Shown piece by piece: positions 1 to 13,287 of a stretch of DNA of 64,000 nt. The position numbers were made by a program, and so were the translations under genes. The notes under the pieces were generated by a model, which ran no database searches, was not told the origin of the DNA, and saw nothing but the letters and a program-made list of their open reading frames with translations. Source of the DNA: Lama guanicoe. Lineage: Eukaryota. The stretch's first letter is position 1. Each line of letters opens with the position of its first letter. Where the stretch lies: the NCBI GenBank assembly GCA_013239625.1, contig MU054132.1, positions 620,001-684,000 of the forward strand, written 5' to 3'.

Positions 1-43
1 CCTTAAAAGAGTTTGCAAACCATTGGTCTACTTGAATAGCTTG

Positions 44-170
44 CATTTTACAGATAAGGATCAAGCCCACAGGGAGAACAGGCTTGTCCAAGGTCACAGA
101 TTGAACTGAGCAGAGCTAGGACTAGAGACTAGACTCCTGGAGTCTGGACTCCAGGTCAAGTGTTCTTTCA
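44..170. mobile_element. MIR fragment
   Basis: cattttacagataagg...cttgtccaaggtcacag core; other MIR remnants near 1545, 17700-17900, 18890, 31900-32250 and 36990. Confidence 0.6.
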
Positions 171-1090
171 TGCTCTACTGTTGCCTTTTCTATCACTGAC
201 ATGACTGAACTGATTTCAGCTGATAGCATGTGATTTACTCTACCTCAAGTCAGTTGTACTCATCCTGTACAACATGTCACCTTTTCTGTCTCCCCAAGTT
301 TTAGGGAGAGTGTGACAGGCAGCATTAGCAGGCATGTCACTTTCTCAGAATTCACTGCCAACTCCTGAACCTTGCTTAATTTTCTTTTTGGGAAGATCTG
401 TTGTTTAAATTCCTTGGGTGCCTGTTGGATAGTTAAGTAGAGGCGTAACAGAAAAGAGTAATATATTAGATTTTTCAATCACATTCTGTATCTTTGGTGA
501 CTTGAACCTCTTTGAAAAACTGAAAGTGCTGAACCCTCTCAGAAAAATGCACATACTTTTTCAAACATGCAAAATTTTCCATTTGGTCATGGGAGCAATT
601 CCCATGAAGCCCATCTTTGGATCTTGGATGATGAATCAAACTGAATAGTATTTTCCTATCAGAAAAAGCCATGCTACTTCTCTTTGGCAAGTCATTTTAT
701 CTTAAAGTTTAGGAGGGTAGTAGTGCAAGACTTCTTGGCACCCTGTAGCATAAGGCTTAGTCTGAGTAGAGAGGTTTTCATCCACAGAAGTTCTCGTCTC
801 CTCTTCTCAACAGTTGGTTTCGTCTCCTTTTCCTCTGGGCTGCCAGGAGCCCAGTGCTCAGGCCTCGTCTGTCTGTTCATCTGGGTCCAGCAAATTTAGC
901 AGACTCCCCAGATGCAATGAGTGTTCTCCAAACCTCTTCTTATTCATGAGATTTATACCTACCACATTCCTATATTTCTATTCTTCTCTCACATACTCGT
1001 TTCTTTTTATTTGTGAGAGCAGAATGGGATCACCAAACCGTCATACTATTCACTGACTCATAAACTTAGAAGAGGGAGGAGCCTCCTCTC

Positions 1091-1114
1091 CACACACACA
1101 CACACACACACACA
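1091..1114. repeat. (CA)12 microsatellite
   Basis: Read directly from the sequence. Confidence 0.95.
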
Positions 1115-2629
1115 TTTTGTTTTGCAACCACTAGTAAATGGTTCCTCAAAGATCTGCTGGCATCAGTCTTCCCAGCATTTTGCCAAGGCCCCTGCCAAAG
1201 TTTTGAATCCACATCTGAGCATTTATCCTTCAAAAGGAAATGTCTTTTCCGTGGGTGAAAGGCACAGTATTAGAATACTTCCTTTTGACCCACTACACTC
1301 AAGTACACAGTTTTCACTGAAACTGACTTCAAGAGCCACACATTTGAGTCTGGAATCTCAGCTAATTTGTTGTCACACTCATTTTGTGATGAAAGAGTAG
1401 GTGGAGGAGGATATGGAAGTGAGGGAAGGACTTGTTGATGCACGCCATTTTTATATTATGTGTAGTGTAGAGTTACACAGGTATAATTATAGAGCTGGAA
1501 TAATCATATGAAAAGGAGCCTTAGAGGTCCTCTATCAAAGCCATCCATTTTACAGATGAAAAAAACCCTGAGGCCTAGAGATATTAAGGGATTGCCCAAG
1601 GCACAAAGCTGTATTATCTGAGATGCACCACAGCTGTTTGTTGGTGGAAGCGATGCTTTTACATCCTTTGTCGGATTACTCACCTGCCTGCTAATGGTAC
1701 AAAGCAGAGCAGGGGACAGACAGCATCTGCAGTGTCATCTTTGAGCGTGGAGGACAGTGATGTGTATGGCCAGATGCAACACCACTGTTCTATTTCAGGA
1801 GAGAAGACAGATGCAGGCTTTTTCTGCTAGTCTTCTGGACACATGAATTTTTGACTCCTTTGATTTGGAAATGACTCCTGATTGGGAAATACAGTGCTTC
1901 TGAATTCGTGCATTCCCGGGACTTTCTTCTGACTTTTTTCAGGTAGTTGCGTTTATTTGAGTAATTTTAATTTTATTAGAATGAGTAATAGAACTCTTTA
2001 ATGAGTAATTAGAACTAAGGGGAAGAATGTGCTCCTTGATGAATTCATATTCATCAAAAAGTCAGTTTTGCTCTTTCTTCTTCTTCGAGTTATGCTGTGG
2101 ATGATACTGTTAAAGTCGGACACTGATTAGATGTATGAGAGAGCTTGATGCTGCCTCACATGTAGGTGGGAAAAGAGTTGGAGGTATCTTGGAAAATCAG
2201 TTAACTGGCCCAGCAATATTCATGAGGTTCACCCTTGGGCTGCTGGAGCTTGGCTGGCCAGTTGGGTGTATTTCAGAAGCCTGTGTCTGGGGATGCTTCT
2301 TACTGCAGGTGGTTCCTTTACTGTTTTGTACATGAGACTCCATTGTTTGCACCTTGCCACGCCTGGTTCAGTGTATAGGCTGGTTGATTGAAAATGAGAC
2401 CACATTGTTTTTCTAGAGGTGTGTTCCTAGCCCCTCCTAAATTATAAGCCTGGCATCTACCTTCCTCCTGTGGTTTGTTAGGGTTTGACACTCCCTTTGC
2501 CTCTTTGGCATAGAAAGCAGCCAGCTTCCCCACAGTTAGTTTAGACCTTTTTCTACCCAAACAACTGATCATATCATTACTTGTTTCCAGCTGGGAAGAA
2601 GAGAGAATGAATCAAAATGTGTGAACCAA

Positions 2630-2815
2630 GAGATGGCAAGCATTTTCTGTAAAGAGCCAGACAGTAAATATTTTAGGATTTGTGGGTCATACAGTTTCAC
2701 TTGCAGCTACTCCACTCTGATGTTGTAGCACCAAAGCAGCTGTACACGATACATAAACGAATGAGTCTGGTTGTGTTCTAGTGAAACTTTATTTACAAAA
2801 ACAGGTGTGGGCCAA
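2630..2815. mobile_element. MER58A-like hAT DNA transposon fossil
   Basis: ttttctgtaaagagccagacagtaaatattttagg...aaactttatttacaaaaacagg resembles recalled consensus. Confidence 0.7.
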
Positions 2816-3373
2816 ACACGTTCATATACTGATACAGTCTTTGTAAAGTTTAAGGCTTTTGGAGTGGATTACACTTGCTTTATTGCCCCAGTATGTGTTT
2901 CTGTGGTTTCAGAAACTGGAAGCATCTCTTGTTAAAGAGTGCAGGTAAGCCAGAAATGAAAAACTCTTCTTCCAGATCACTGCAGGTGATCATGGAACTA
3001 TCCTGGTTGGTGACTGAATAACTGTCGTAGAAGTTTTTGTTCTGTTTGCATCTCATCTTTACGGTCTTGTAACTCTGCTGAAGCTTGAAGCAGACTATTT
3101 CCAAAGCATTAACTAAAGACAACATGCTCCCTTTCTGTCTCAGTTGAAGCTGAGGATGCTCAGCTGCTTGCAGAATGGCAGGCCAGAGGAGACCGTGATG
3201 GCTCCTGTGTTCCCGTGGACCTGACGGCTGTGTTCAGGGCCGTGAAGGTAAGGGCCAGAGTTTGGGCATTTGGCAGGCAAGATAGAAGATCAGTAGTTCA
3301 GATATGGCCCAATATGTCTGGGCAGTGTGCTGCATATCTGATGAGAACATGCCTTTCAGAGAAGAAGCTCCAA

Positions 3374-3514
3374 GCGGGAGGGAATAGCTCAGTGGTAGAG
3401 CTCATGCTTAGCAGGCATGAGGTCCTGGGTTCAATCCCCAGTGCCTCCATTAAAAAAATAAATAAGTAAGTAAATAAATAAATTACCTCCCCCTCCCCAC
3501 AAAAATAAATAAAT
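3374..3514 (+). mobile_element. tRNA-Ala-derived SINE (camelid Vic-1 type)
   Basis: A box TAGCTCAGTGG, B box GGTTCAATCC, (AAAT)n-ATTACCTCCCCC-A tail; TSD AAGCTCCA at 3365 and 3515. Confidence 0.85.
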
Positions 3515-3529
3515 AAGCTCCAGAACAGA

Positions 3530-4065
3530 TATTCATACAATATACAAGCATGTTCATAACAGCATTGTTCACAACAACCAAAAGACGGAGGCAACCCAAG
3601 GATGCATTGATGGTGAATGGATAAACAAAATGTGATATGTTTTGTTCCATTCATACAGTGGAATAATATTGCATACATGCAGTGGAACATTATTCAGCCC
3701 TAAAAAGAGATGGACATTCTGACACATGCTACAGCATGGGTGAACCTTAAAACATTATGCCAAGTGAAATAAGCCAGTCACAGAAGGACAAATATTTTAT
3801 GATTCCACTTAAATAAAGTAACTAGAGGAGTCAAATTTGTAAAGATAAAAAGTGAAATGGAGATTGCTCAGGGACTGGGAGAGGAGGGAGTGGGGAGTGA
3901 GTGTTTAATGTGTAGTTTCAGTTTAGGAAGGTGGAGAAGTTCTGGAGATGGAGAGTGGTGATGGTTGCACAACAGTGTGAATGTACTACTGAACTGTCCA
4001 CTTAAAAATGGTTAAAATGGTAAATTTTATGTTACGTATATTTTACCACAATGAAAAAAAAAACA
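3530..4065 (+). mobile_element. Old L1 (L1M) 3' end
   Basis: ORF2-end and 3' UTR motifs, ending cacttaaaaatggttaaaatggtaaattttatg with an A tail. Confidence 0.8.
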
Positions 4066-5029
4066 AGATAAGCTGACGAAGACTTGTTACCAGGTGGGCA
4101 AGTGAGATTAGATTGCTTACAGTGCAGTGGGGCTGGAGAGACACTAAAGAGAATTTGTCTCTGTATCCAAACCCACTGATCAGAAACATTTCATACTAAG
4201 GAGTAATCTTGCTTTAGCTTTTGCAATAAGCTGCTTCAGCTGTTGAGAGCTGAATTTTATTAGCTCAGCCCTGTGGCTGCACTTCAAATGGTCACTTAAA
4301 AGGAATCAACCTCTAAGAGATAGACATTTAAGTGATGCACACATGTTATAAGCTTATTTTTCCCCTGGGATGATTTGTAAAAATCTAAATGTACGTGACC
4401 TTGACAGAGCTATCCTGAGGATCGGTGAAACACATTGTGCTAACCTGTCTTCCAACTAAAGGTTTGTTGGCGTAGTCTGCAGATTACAAATGACTTTCAA
4501 ATCTATATTTCAACCCCTTGTTTTGTCCCTAAACACTCAACTTGCATTTCCATTTGTCCTGTTGATCCTCATACTCATTAAGTGTGAAAATGAAGCCTTT
4601 TTCTCTTCTAAACTATCTTTTCTTTTGTTCCCTTCGTGTAAGGATCGCACACCATCCACCCAGTCACATAGGATTGAAACTCTGAGGTTGGCTTTGATTC
4701 ATCCTCTCTCTTTTACGCATATGTTGTGGCATTTATCGCAGTAATTGCCACATAATTATATACAGTATTATAACTCCAGAGAGTGGGAGCTGTGACTGAA
4801 TCCTTTACTGAGATGTCTGCATAATAGGTGCTTAGTAATCCACTGTCCTAATCCAGACCCTCTCCACCTTTCACCTAACCCGGGCTTTCTTTACCTCTGG
4901 CAGTATGCTGAGAATTCTTCCAGACCCTTTAGGGGAAGATGCTGGTGCAGCCAACAGATTGTTTTTCCTCAGGCTCAGCTCTAATCACGTCATTCTGCTG
5001 CTCTGCGTGGCTTCCCTTTCATTCCCATT

Positions 5030-5450
5030 TGACAGGTTATCAGCAGATATGTCGGTGCCCCCCATGAGCCCAGCACTGTCCTAAGTGCTGGGGCCACAGC
5101 AGTGAGCAGAGTTGACAAAGTCTGTGTGAGTGTTAGCTGACCTTCTAGGCGGTAGCAGATAATAAATAAGTAGATATAACATGTCCAGGGACTCATGCTG
5201 TGCTGTTTTTGTTAGAGGGACCAGAGCCAGGCCCTCTGAGTAGAGATCTGATGAAGTGAAGGAGGGATCCCTGAGCGTAACTGAGGGAAGAGTATTCTCG
5301 GTGGAGGGAGTGATGAGCATAGGTGAAGCAGGAGCACAGTTGGCACTTTGGGGAAACAGCAAGCAGCTGGTGTGGTAAGAATAGAGTGACCCAGGAAGAA
5401 AGTGGAAGGACACGATGTTGGAGAGGCAGCCCCCAGGCCCAACATAGTTC
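5030..5450. mobile_element. L2 LINE fragment
   Basis: Degenerate L2 3' motifs; similar fragments near 6940-7400, 25110-25400 and 42750-43560. Confidence 0.55.
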
Positions 5451-6599
5451 CTTGCACAAGACAGTATGGCTCAGGAAATAACTTGTTGAATGAGTGAGTG
5501 ACTGGATGAATGAATGAAGCTAGGCAGTATTTATTTGTGAACGAAGAATCAGGGCAGGGCAGAGCAGAGTGGGTCTTAGAGTTGTACCTAAGAGAGGTAC
5601 GATGCATTTTCCATAGTTCATGAAGCAAGCACAGGATTTCACGGGACTTTGCCCTTCTTGTCCCATTCAGGAGAGATGATGCTAACAACCAGAGCAAGAG
5701 AGACCAATTCTGGCTTGTTCTGGGAGGAATGTCTGTTCCACACCACAGAGAAAATCAGAGGTCAGAAACTTGTCAGGCAAGCAGGAAGTAGAACAGAACT
5801 GCTCAGCTCTTGGTGGTTTTTAAAGGCGCTCCTGCCCACATTGGGTAAAGTTTGTCTTTTTTCCACATGTCATAGGCTATCACTTTAAGTCAGTGAGACA
5901 TCTGGGCAGGGCTGTGGGGTAGTGGGAGTGCAGGAGCAGCAGGTGGTGGCTGGTTTTCGGTAGGATTAATGGAAGGACTGCTGATTTAACTGAATCTCTG
6001 ATTATTCTAAGCTGCTCACAGAAATCCGTCACTGCCGTCTGTGAGATACAAGAGGGAGAAGCTTAAGGATGTTCTGTTGGTGTTGACTGCCACTCCTGGG
6101 TGACTTTTCTAGGATCTCCAGCGGTGTTCTTGATACTCTAGTTCCTCCAGACTTGGCCCCTCTCTTCCTTTCTCTCCTAGATGCCCACGTTTTCCACCTG
6201 CTGACTCTTCTTAAGATCTATGCTCTCCAACTTCTGGTCCTTTGCTCCAGTATTCCTTTGGCTTGGAGTATCTGCTCCCCTCTGCCAGCAGAGTCCTACC
6301 CACGCTTCAAGGCTCCTTTTGTATTTTTCTCTTCTGAAGGGAAGAGAATCGTCCAAACACTCCTTCTGTTCTCGTAAAGCACTTTGCATTTGTGTCTGTT
6401 CAGCATTGTCTTGCGGTCACAAGTTTGCACGCCTGCCTCCCTGCCAGGCTGTATGCTTCTGTTGGGCAGAGACCCGAGCCATTTTCTTTCTTTTGCCCTG
6501 CCGTGTCAGTGGAGAGTGGCTGTGTGAAATCCCAGCTCTCTCAAGACACTCTTCTCATGTCCCTCCAGGTGCAGTAATCCCTCCCTCTTCCACTTTACT

Positions 6600-6760
6600 T
6601 CAGCCCCTCGTTATTCAGAGTGTCCTCATTGTACCTGTAGCATCTGCATTGCCTGAGAGCCTGTAAGAAGTGCAGAATCTCAAACCCCACCTCAGACCTG
6701 CTAAACTAGAATCTGGTGAGTCTTACATCCTGTGCACACGAAAGTTTGAGAAGCATTGTC
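6600..6760. mobile_element. MER5A-like DNA transposon fossil
   Basis: aagtgcagaatctc...cctcagacctgctaaactagaatct...aaagtttgagaagcattg. Confidence 0.6.
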
Positions 6761-8803
6761 TTAACACTTTGCACTCACTCCCCTTGGCACACTGAGCAGT
6801 GAGTAGATGTGTTTGAGAATCTTCCTCCCCATCTAGATGTTGAGCTTCAGAAGCATGTGAAGCACCCATTATCCAGCACAGTTCTTGGCATGTTTCAAGT
6901 GCTGAGTTATCTGCAGGGGCCCCTGGCATTTGAGATGCTCCTTCAGTCAACATATTATTGAAGTGCATTCCGCTGTGTGTGGTGCTTTGCTTGATGCATG
7001 AGGCACCCTACCATGAGTAGGAGTCAGCCCATATCTTTGGCATTTAAAGATTGGTAGGGGAGATAGATACACATCAGCTAACTATGAGACAAGGCAGAGT
7101 GTGATATAACTGCACAGGTATCACCAGAGGCCTGAGGAAGCACCAAAGGGATAGCAGTTATTGGCATCTCAGAGGGTTTGATGGTTTCATGGAGAAGATG
7201 GTGTCTGATTGGTACCTTGCAGGATGAATAGGACTTTGGCAGACAGACATGGTGAGAAGAGGCACTCCAGGCTGCGGAGAGCCTATTCAAGGGCCCAGAC
7301 ATGAAAGTACACATGCAGGATGTTTCTTGACATGAAGGTACAAGGTGGAAGGTGCGACTGGGGAGATGGGTTAAATGCGGACTGAACTCCTTGAACACTC
7401 ATGGTCAGGAGTCTGGATTAGTAAGAAACATTTGTAAATCACATGTGGTTGGTATAAGTAGGTGTTCAGTGGTTTCTGTCTCCCTGTCTCCCTCTTTCCT
7501 CCCATTCTACCTTGCTGGATATGGGTGTGGTGGGGGAGGGTTTGGAAGAGATGGGGACAGGCCTGAATGTTTAGCCAGCTCTTTTCATGGGACCATAGCC
7601 CAGGTCTTTTTTTAGTGCTAGCTGGTCAGCCACTTCCTCCCTCTCTCCCTTCCTGAATCACTTACCCAGCGGGGCCCCCTAAAGCAGAGAGACCCAAGCT
7701 CCATCATAGTGGGTTTCACACAGTGTGCTTTCAAATGCCATCAAAACCCCAGACTGAACCAGTTCTGTATGTTTATTGTACTTGCCGTCTGTTTCCCACC
7801 CGCTGAGTTTGTGAGAACTAGTCATGTCTTCCGATGGTGAGGTGGATGAGCATCCCTTTGCCTGTGTCCTGGGCTGGTGGGCAAGCTATCCAGCATTCAA
7901 GATGAAAGGACACACTCCCTACCCCCATTTCATTACATGACAGCTTGTTAGAAATGCACCTAAACTGGGCAACTGTGGTGTGGCCTGTTTATTCTTCTAA
8001 GGTTGGGACTGCACTGTGAGTGTGTAAGTCAAACCCTCAGCCAGTTGGCCCTAAGCCTTATCATCTTTTGTTTGAGGCTTTGACTTCAGCTAACGAATTT
8101 TTGGATAAGGCTAGAGAGTGACGCTCCTTATGCTTTCTTCAGTCGAAAGCCAGTGCCTTTCTCCCACCAGCTCCACCAGTCCTGAACTAGGTTAAAAATA
8201 AGAGGTGAAATTTATCAGAAGTTTTGTTATTTGTTTGTATCTCAAATGAAGGACTAAGAGCTACCTTTATGATGAAATCATTTTAGGATTCATTAAGAAG
8301 GCTTGAGAATAAGGTACTGTGTTAACTGCTAGGATACAAGCTTCCCTTTCCGTGGGAAGGATATTCCGCCTGGATGAGGAGACATTCATTAGGGACAAAT
8401 AGGATGCTATAATATGTGCTGGCGGCTTGTACCAGGTGCACAGGAAGGGGAGAGCTGACTGCCTGGAAGTCAGGGAAGCCCCTTGGAGGAGGGAGCATTT
8501 GAGCTGGATCTTCAAGGATGAGGAGTAATTCATGGGGCAGAAAAATACAGGAGAAGGATCCAAGTAGAGGGAATAGGATGATGTAGGAGGGAATTGCCAG
8601 CAGCTTAGGCTAGGTGGGGGCCAGTTTAGAATTCGGATCTGACTTGTACGTGGTAGGGAGCCCAACAGAATGGGGACTGCCATGACCAGACTCAATTATA
8701 AATCGGGATGATTCCTTCAGAAGCTTCATTCATTCATTCAACAAATACTGAATGTTAATTTCTAGACTATTCTAGAAAATATGAAAGAGTACTCCCTTGG
8801 AGT

Positions 8804-8947
8804 GGGGAGGGTATAGCTCAGCGGTAGAGTGCATTCCTGGCATGCACGAGGTCCTGGGTTTAATCCCCAGCAGTACTTCTACCAAAAATAATAAATAAAT
8901 AAACCTAATTAACTCCCCCACCAAAAAAAAATTTTTTTAATTAAAAA
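8804..8947 (+). mobile_element. Vic-1-type SINE
   Basis: Same head and tail structure; degenerate TSD aaagagtactcccttgg / aaagattgctcctttgg. Confidence 0.85.
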
Positions 8948-9599
8948 AAAGATTGCTCCTTTGGTGGAACTTATGTTTTAGTAAGACAGGTAAGTTAGCC
9001 ATATCAAGCCACACCATTTGCTCTTGTCAGGGTTATCAGTAGCCTCTCCATACACAACGACTCACAATGTAGAGCTATTCTACAACCACAAAGATCTCCG
9101 TGGTGCCACCCCTTTATAGTCACACTGCACCCATCCCCCTCCCACCCACCACCCCTAATCTCTGGCAACCACTAATTTGTTCTCCATCTCCTAACAAGAA
9201 TGTTACATAAATGGAATCGTAGGGTATGTGTCCTTTGAGATTGGCTTTTTTCACTCAGCAGAATGTGTTTGAGGGCCATCTGAGTTGTTGTGTATACAGT
9301 TTTATCCTTTTTATTTCTGAGTAGTATTCCATGGTATGGATGTACCACATTTTGTGTAACCACTCACCCACTGAAGAACATTTAGATTCTTTCCAGTTTC
9401 TGCTTATTATGAATAAAGCTCCTGTGAACATTCATTTGCAGGATTTTGCATGAACGCAGATTTTTCATTCCTCTGGGATAAATGCCCAAGCATATGATTG
9501 GCATGCCACATGGTAAATTCATTTTCAGTTTTTGAAGAAATCACCAAACTATTTTCCAGAGAAGCTATACCATTTTACATTCCTGCCAGCACATATGAG

Positions 9600-9965
9600 T
9601 GCAGTGGTTAATTTTGTATGTCAATTTGACTAGGCTGTGATGCCCACTTGTTTGATCAAATACCAGTCTGGATGTTGCTGTGAAGATATTTTTTAGATGT
9701 GACTAACATCTAAATGAGTAGACTTAAAGAAAAGCAGATTACCCTCCATAATGTGATGGGCCTCATCCAATCAGTTGAAGATCTTACAAGCAAAAGCTGA
9801 GGTTTCCCTAAGAAGAAATAATTCTTCAAAATTTTGACATAGAACCCTGTCTGATTTTCCCAGTCCAGACTCTAGACTGCAATCTAGAAATCTTACCTGA
9901 ATCTCTGTACACACACACGCGCGTGCGCGCGCACACACACACACACACACATCCTACTTAACGTA
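9600..9965. mobile_element. MLT2-like solo LTR nested in L1
   Basis: Starts tgcagtggttaattttgtatgtcaatttgactagg; internal (CA)/(CG) microsatellite 9909-9951; 5-bp TSD ATGAG at 9595 and 9966. Confidence 0.7.
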
Positions 9966-12147
9966 ATGAGTTATCCAGTTATCCAGTTCTTCTGCATCCT
10001 CATCAACTTTTGGTATTATCACTGTTTTTTATTGTAGCCATTTGTGAAATGCGTCGTGCTATCTCATGACCTAAATTTGCATTTCCCTAATTGATAATGC
10101 TGTTAAATATCTTTTCATGTGTTTGTCACCTGTCTATCCTTTTTGATGAAATGTCTCTTTCTGTCTTTTGACCATTTTCTCATGGATTGTTTTTGGTTTT
10201 TTTTACTACTGAGTTTTTAGAGTTCTTTATATATATAGATATGAGTCCTTTGTCAAGGACTCATATTTGACAAATATGTCAAAAATATATTATTAAATAG
10301 TATTAAGTCCTATTATTAAAAAGTAGTATTTACAAATAATAATACAAATTTTTCAGCATATTTTGCAAAAAAATAATACTCTTGTTTTTGTTTCATCAGT
10401 GTATGTATGTATGTAGTGGGAAGATTTCTACACTAGCGTAGTCTACCGTTTTTATGAAACTGGGATTCTTCTGCTTATTCAGATCTGGGGAGGCCCGTTC
10501 ACACCATCCAGAAAACATACTCTGCTGATCCCCGTTCCTTGGATTCCTGCAGAGGAAGGACAGGAGAGCCAAGACCTGCACCCTTAAATGAGGTCCTGCT
10601 GAGTCTGTCTTTAATAAGATCTTTCATTTCTTTTGTATCATTCAGTTTTGAAAAAGTCTTTCTTAAGGGTAGTATAAGTGTCCCCCATTTTACAAGCAGA
10701 TAAAGTTGAGGCCAAGAAACACTGTACCTTCAATTTGTAAATTTAATCTATTTATTTATATTGCAAGTTTGCAAATATTTCCCCAGGCTTTAGGTTGTCT
10801 TTTAATTAATTGTCTTAACAGAGTCTTTCACACGGCAAATGTTTTTAATTGATTCAGTCTGATTTATCAGTTTTTTTCCTTATAGATTGTATTTTTGGTC
10901 TCATGCCTAAGAATTTTTCACCACCCCCTAGGTCCTGAAGATTTTCTCCTGTGTTTCTTTCTAAAAGTTCTATATTTTAAAGTTTTACAGTCAAGAATCT
11001 ATGACCCATTTTGAATTAATTTTTGTGCAATCTGAGATGTATGTTGAAGTTCTTTTTTTTTTTTTTTGCCTAAGGATGTCTAATTGCTCCAGCCCTGTTT
11101 GCTGAAAAGACTCTCTTTCCTCCATTTGGGGTACAAATGCTTTTGTATCTTTGTCTAAAATCATTTGGCTATACCTGTGTGGAGCTACTTCTGGGTTCTT
11201 TGTTCTGTTTCATTGGTCAGTGTCCTTATCCCTGAACTAGTACAACACAGTTTTGCTTATTCTAGCTTTATGTATAATAAATCGTGAAATCAGTAAGGTT
11301 ATATTCCTCCTGCTTTATTCTTTCATTTATTTTACTTTTTCCCCGATTTTAACCATTTTTTAGTGTGCAACTCACTGGCATTAAATGCAGTTACAATGTT
11401 GTGTAACCATAACTGCTGTTTACAAAACTTTATGACCCAAAGCAGAATCTTATAAACATTAAGCAGTAATTTGCAATTGCCCCGTCCCCCAGCCCCGGTA
11501 GTCTTTATTTTATTTTTTGTCCCTATGATTTGCCCTATTCTAGACCCTTCATCTAAGTGGAGTCATAAAATACTATCCTTTTGTGTCTAGTTTATTTCAC
11601 TTAGTATAATGTTTTCAGGGTTCATCCATGTTACGGTATGTATTCAGATTTCACCTTTTTTTTAAAAAAATAGTCTTTATTTTTTTAGAGCAGCTTTAGG
11701 TTCACAGGAAAATTGGACATAAGACAGAGACTTCCCATACACTCCCTATTTCCACAGCACACACAGCCCGCGCCTCTATCATATCCTGCACCAGAGGGTA
11801 CATTTGTTGTAATCAATAAACCTACACCAGCACATCATTATCACCCAACATCCCTAATTTACATTAGAGTTCATTCTTGATGTTGTATGTTCTATGATAT
11901 TTGAGATGTGTGTATGACACGTATCCACCTTTATAATATTCATATAGAGTAGTTCCACTGCCCTAAAAGTCATTTGTGCTCCACCTGATCATCCTCCCCA
12001 ACCCCTGGCAACCACTGATCCTTGTACTATATTGCCATAGTTTTGCCTTTTCCAGAATGTCATATAGTTGGAATCATCCAGCATGTAGCCTTTTCAGATT
12101 GGCTTCTTTCACTTAAATATGCGTTTAGGATTCCTCCAAGTCTTTTC

Positions 12148-13287
12148 TTTTCTTTTTTTTGGGGGGGGGGGTCCAAAGTTCATTTTATTTATTTATTTAT
12201 TTATTTATTTTAACCTTTTTATTGATTTATAATCATTTTACAATGTGTCAAATTCCAGTGTTCAGCACAATTTTTCAGTCATTTATGGACATATACACAC
12301 TCATTGTCACATTTTTTTCTCTGTGAGTTATCATAACATTTTGTGTATATTTCCCTGTGCTATACAGTGTAATCTTGTTTATCTATTCTACAATTCTGAA
12401 ATCCCAATCTATCCCTTCCCACCCTCCACCCCGCTGGTAACCACAAGTCTGTATTCTCTGTCTGTGAGTCTATTTCTGTTCTGTATTTATGCTTTGTTTT
12501 TGTTTGTTTGTTTTTGTTTTTGTTTTTTAGATTCCACATATGAGCGATCTCATATGGTATTTTTCTTTCTCTTTCTGGCTTACTTCACTTAGAATGACAT
12601 TCTCCAGGATCATCCATGTTGCTGCAAATGGCATTATGTTGTCGGTTTTTATGGCTGAATAGTATTCCATTGTATAAATATACCACATCTTTATCCAGTC
12701 ACCTGTTGATGGACATTTAGGCTGTTTCCATGTTTTGGCTATTGTAAATAGTGCTGCTATGAACATTGGGGTGCAGGTGTCATCCTGAAGTAGATTTCCT
12801 TCTGGATACAAGCCCAGGAGTGGGATTCCTGGGTCATATGGTAAGTCTATTCCTAGTCTTTTGAGGAATCTCCACACTGTTTTCCATAGTGGCTGCACCA
12901 AACTGCATTCCCACCAGCAGTGTAGGAGGGTTCCCCTTTCTCCACAGCCTCTCCAGCATTTGTCATTTTTGGATTTTTGAATGACGGCCATTCTGACTGG
13001 TGTGAGGTGATACCTCATTGTAGTTTTGATTTGCATTTCTCTGATAATTAGTGATATTGAGCATTTTTTCATGTGCTTTTTGATCATTTGTATGTCTTCC
13101 TTGGAGAATTGCTTGTTTAGGTCTTCTGCCCATTTTTGGATTGGGTTGTTTATTTTTTTCTTATTGAGTCGTATGAGCTGCTTATATATTCTGGAGATCA
13201 AGCCTTTGTCGGTTTCACTTGCAAAAATTTTCTCCCATTCCGTAGGTTTTCTTCTTGTTTTACTTCTGGTTTCCTTTGCTGTGCAGA
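12148..13287 (-). mobile_element. Young 5'-truncated L1 (ORF2 C-terminus plus 3' UTR)
   Basis: Open ORF2 C-terminal frame (track 12527..13318, HCWWEC...YTMEYYSA); TSD CTCCA(A/T)GTCTTTTC at 12134 and 13288. Confidence 0.92.

Noticed and set aside
3374..3450. SINE heads as functional tRNA-Ala genes
   Set aside because: All copies have SINE tails and divergent stems, and the complete ones have target-site duplications
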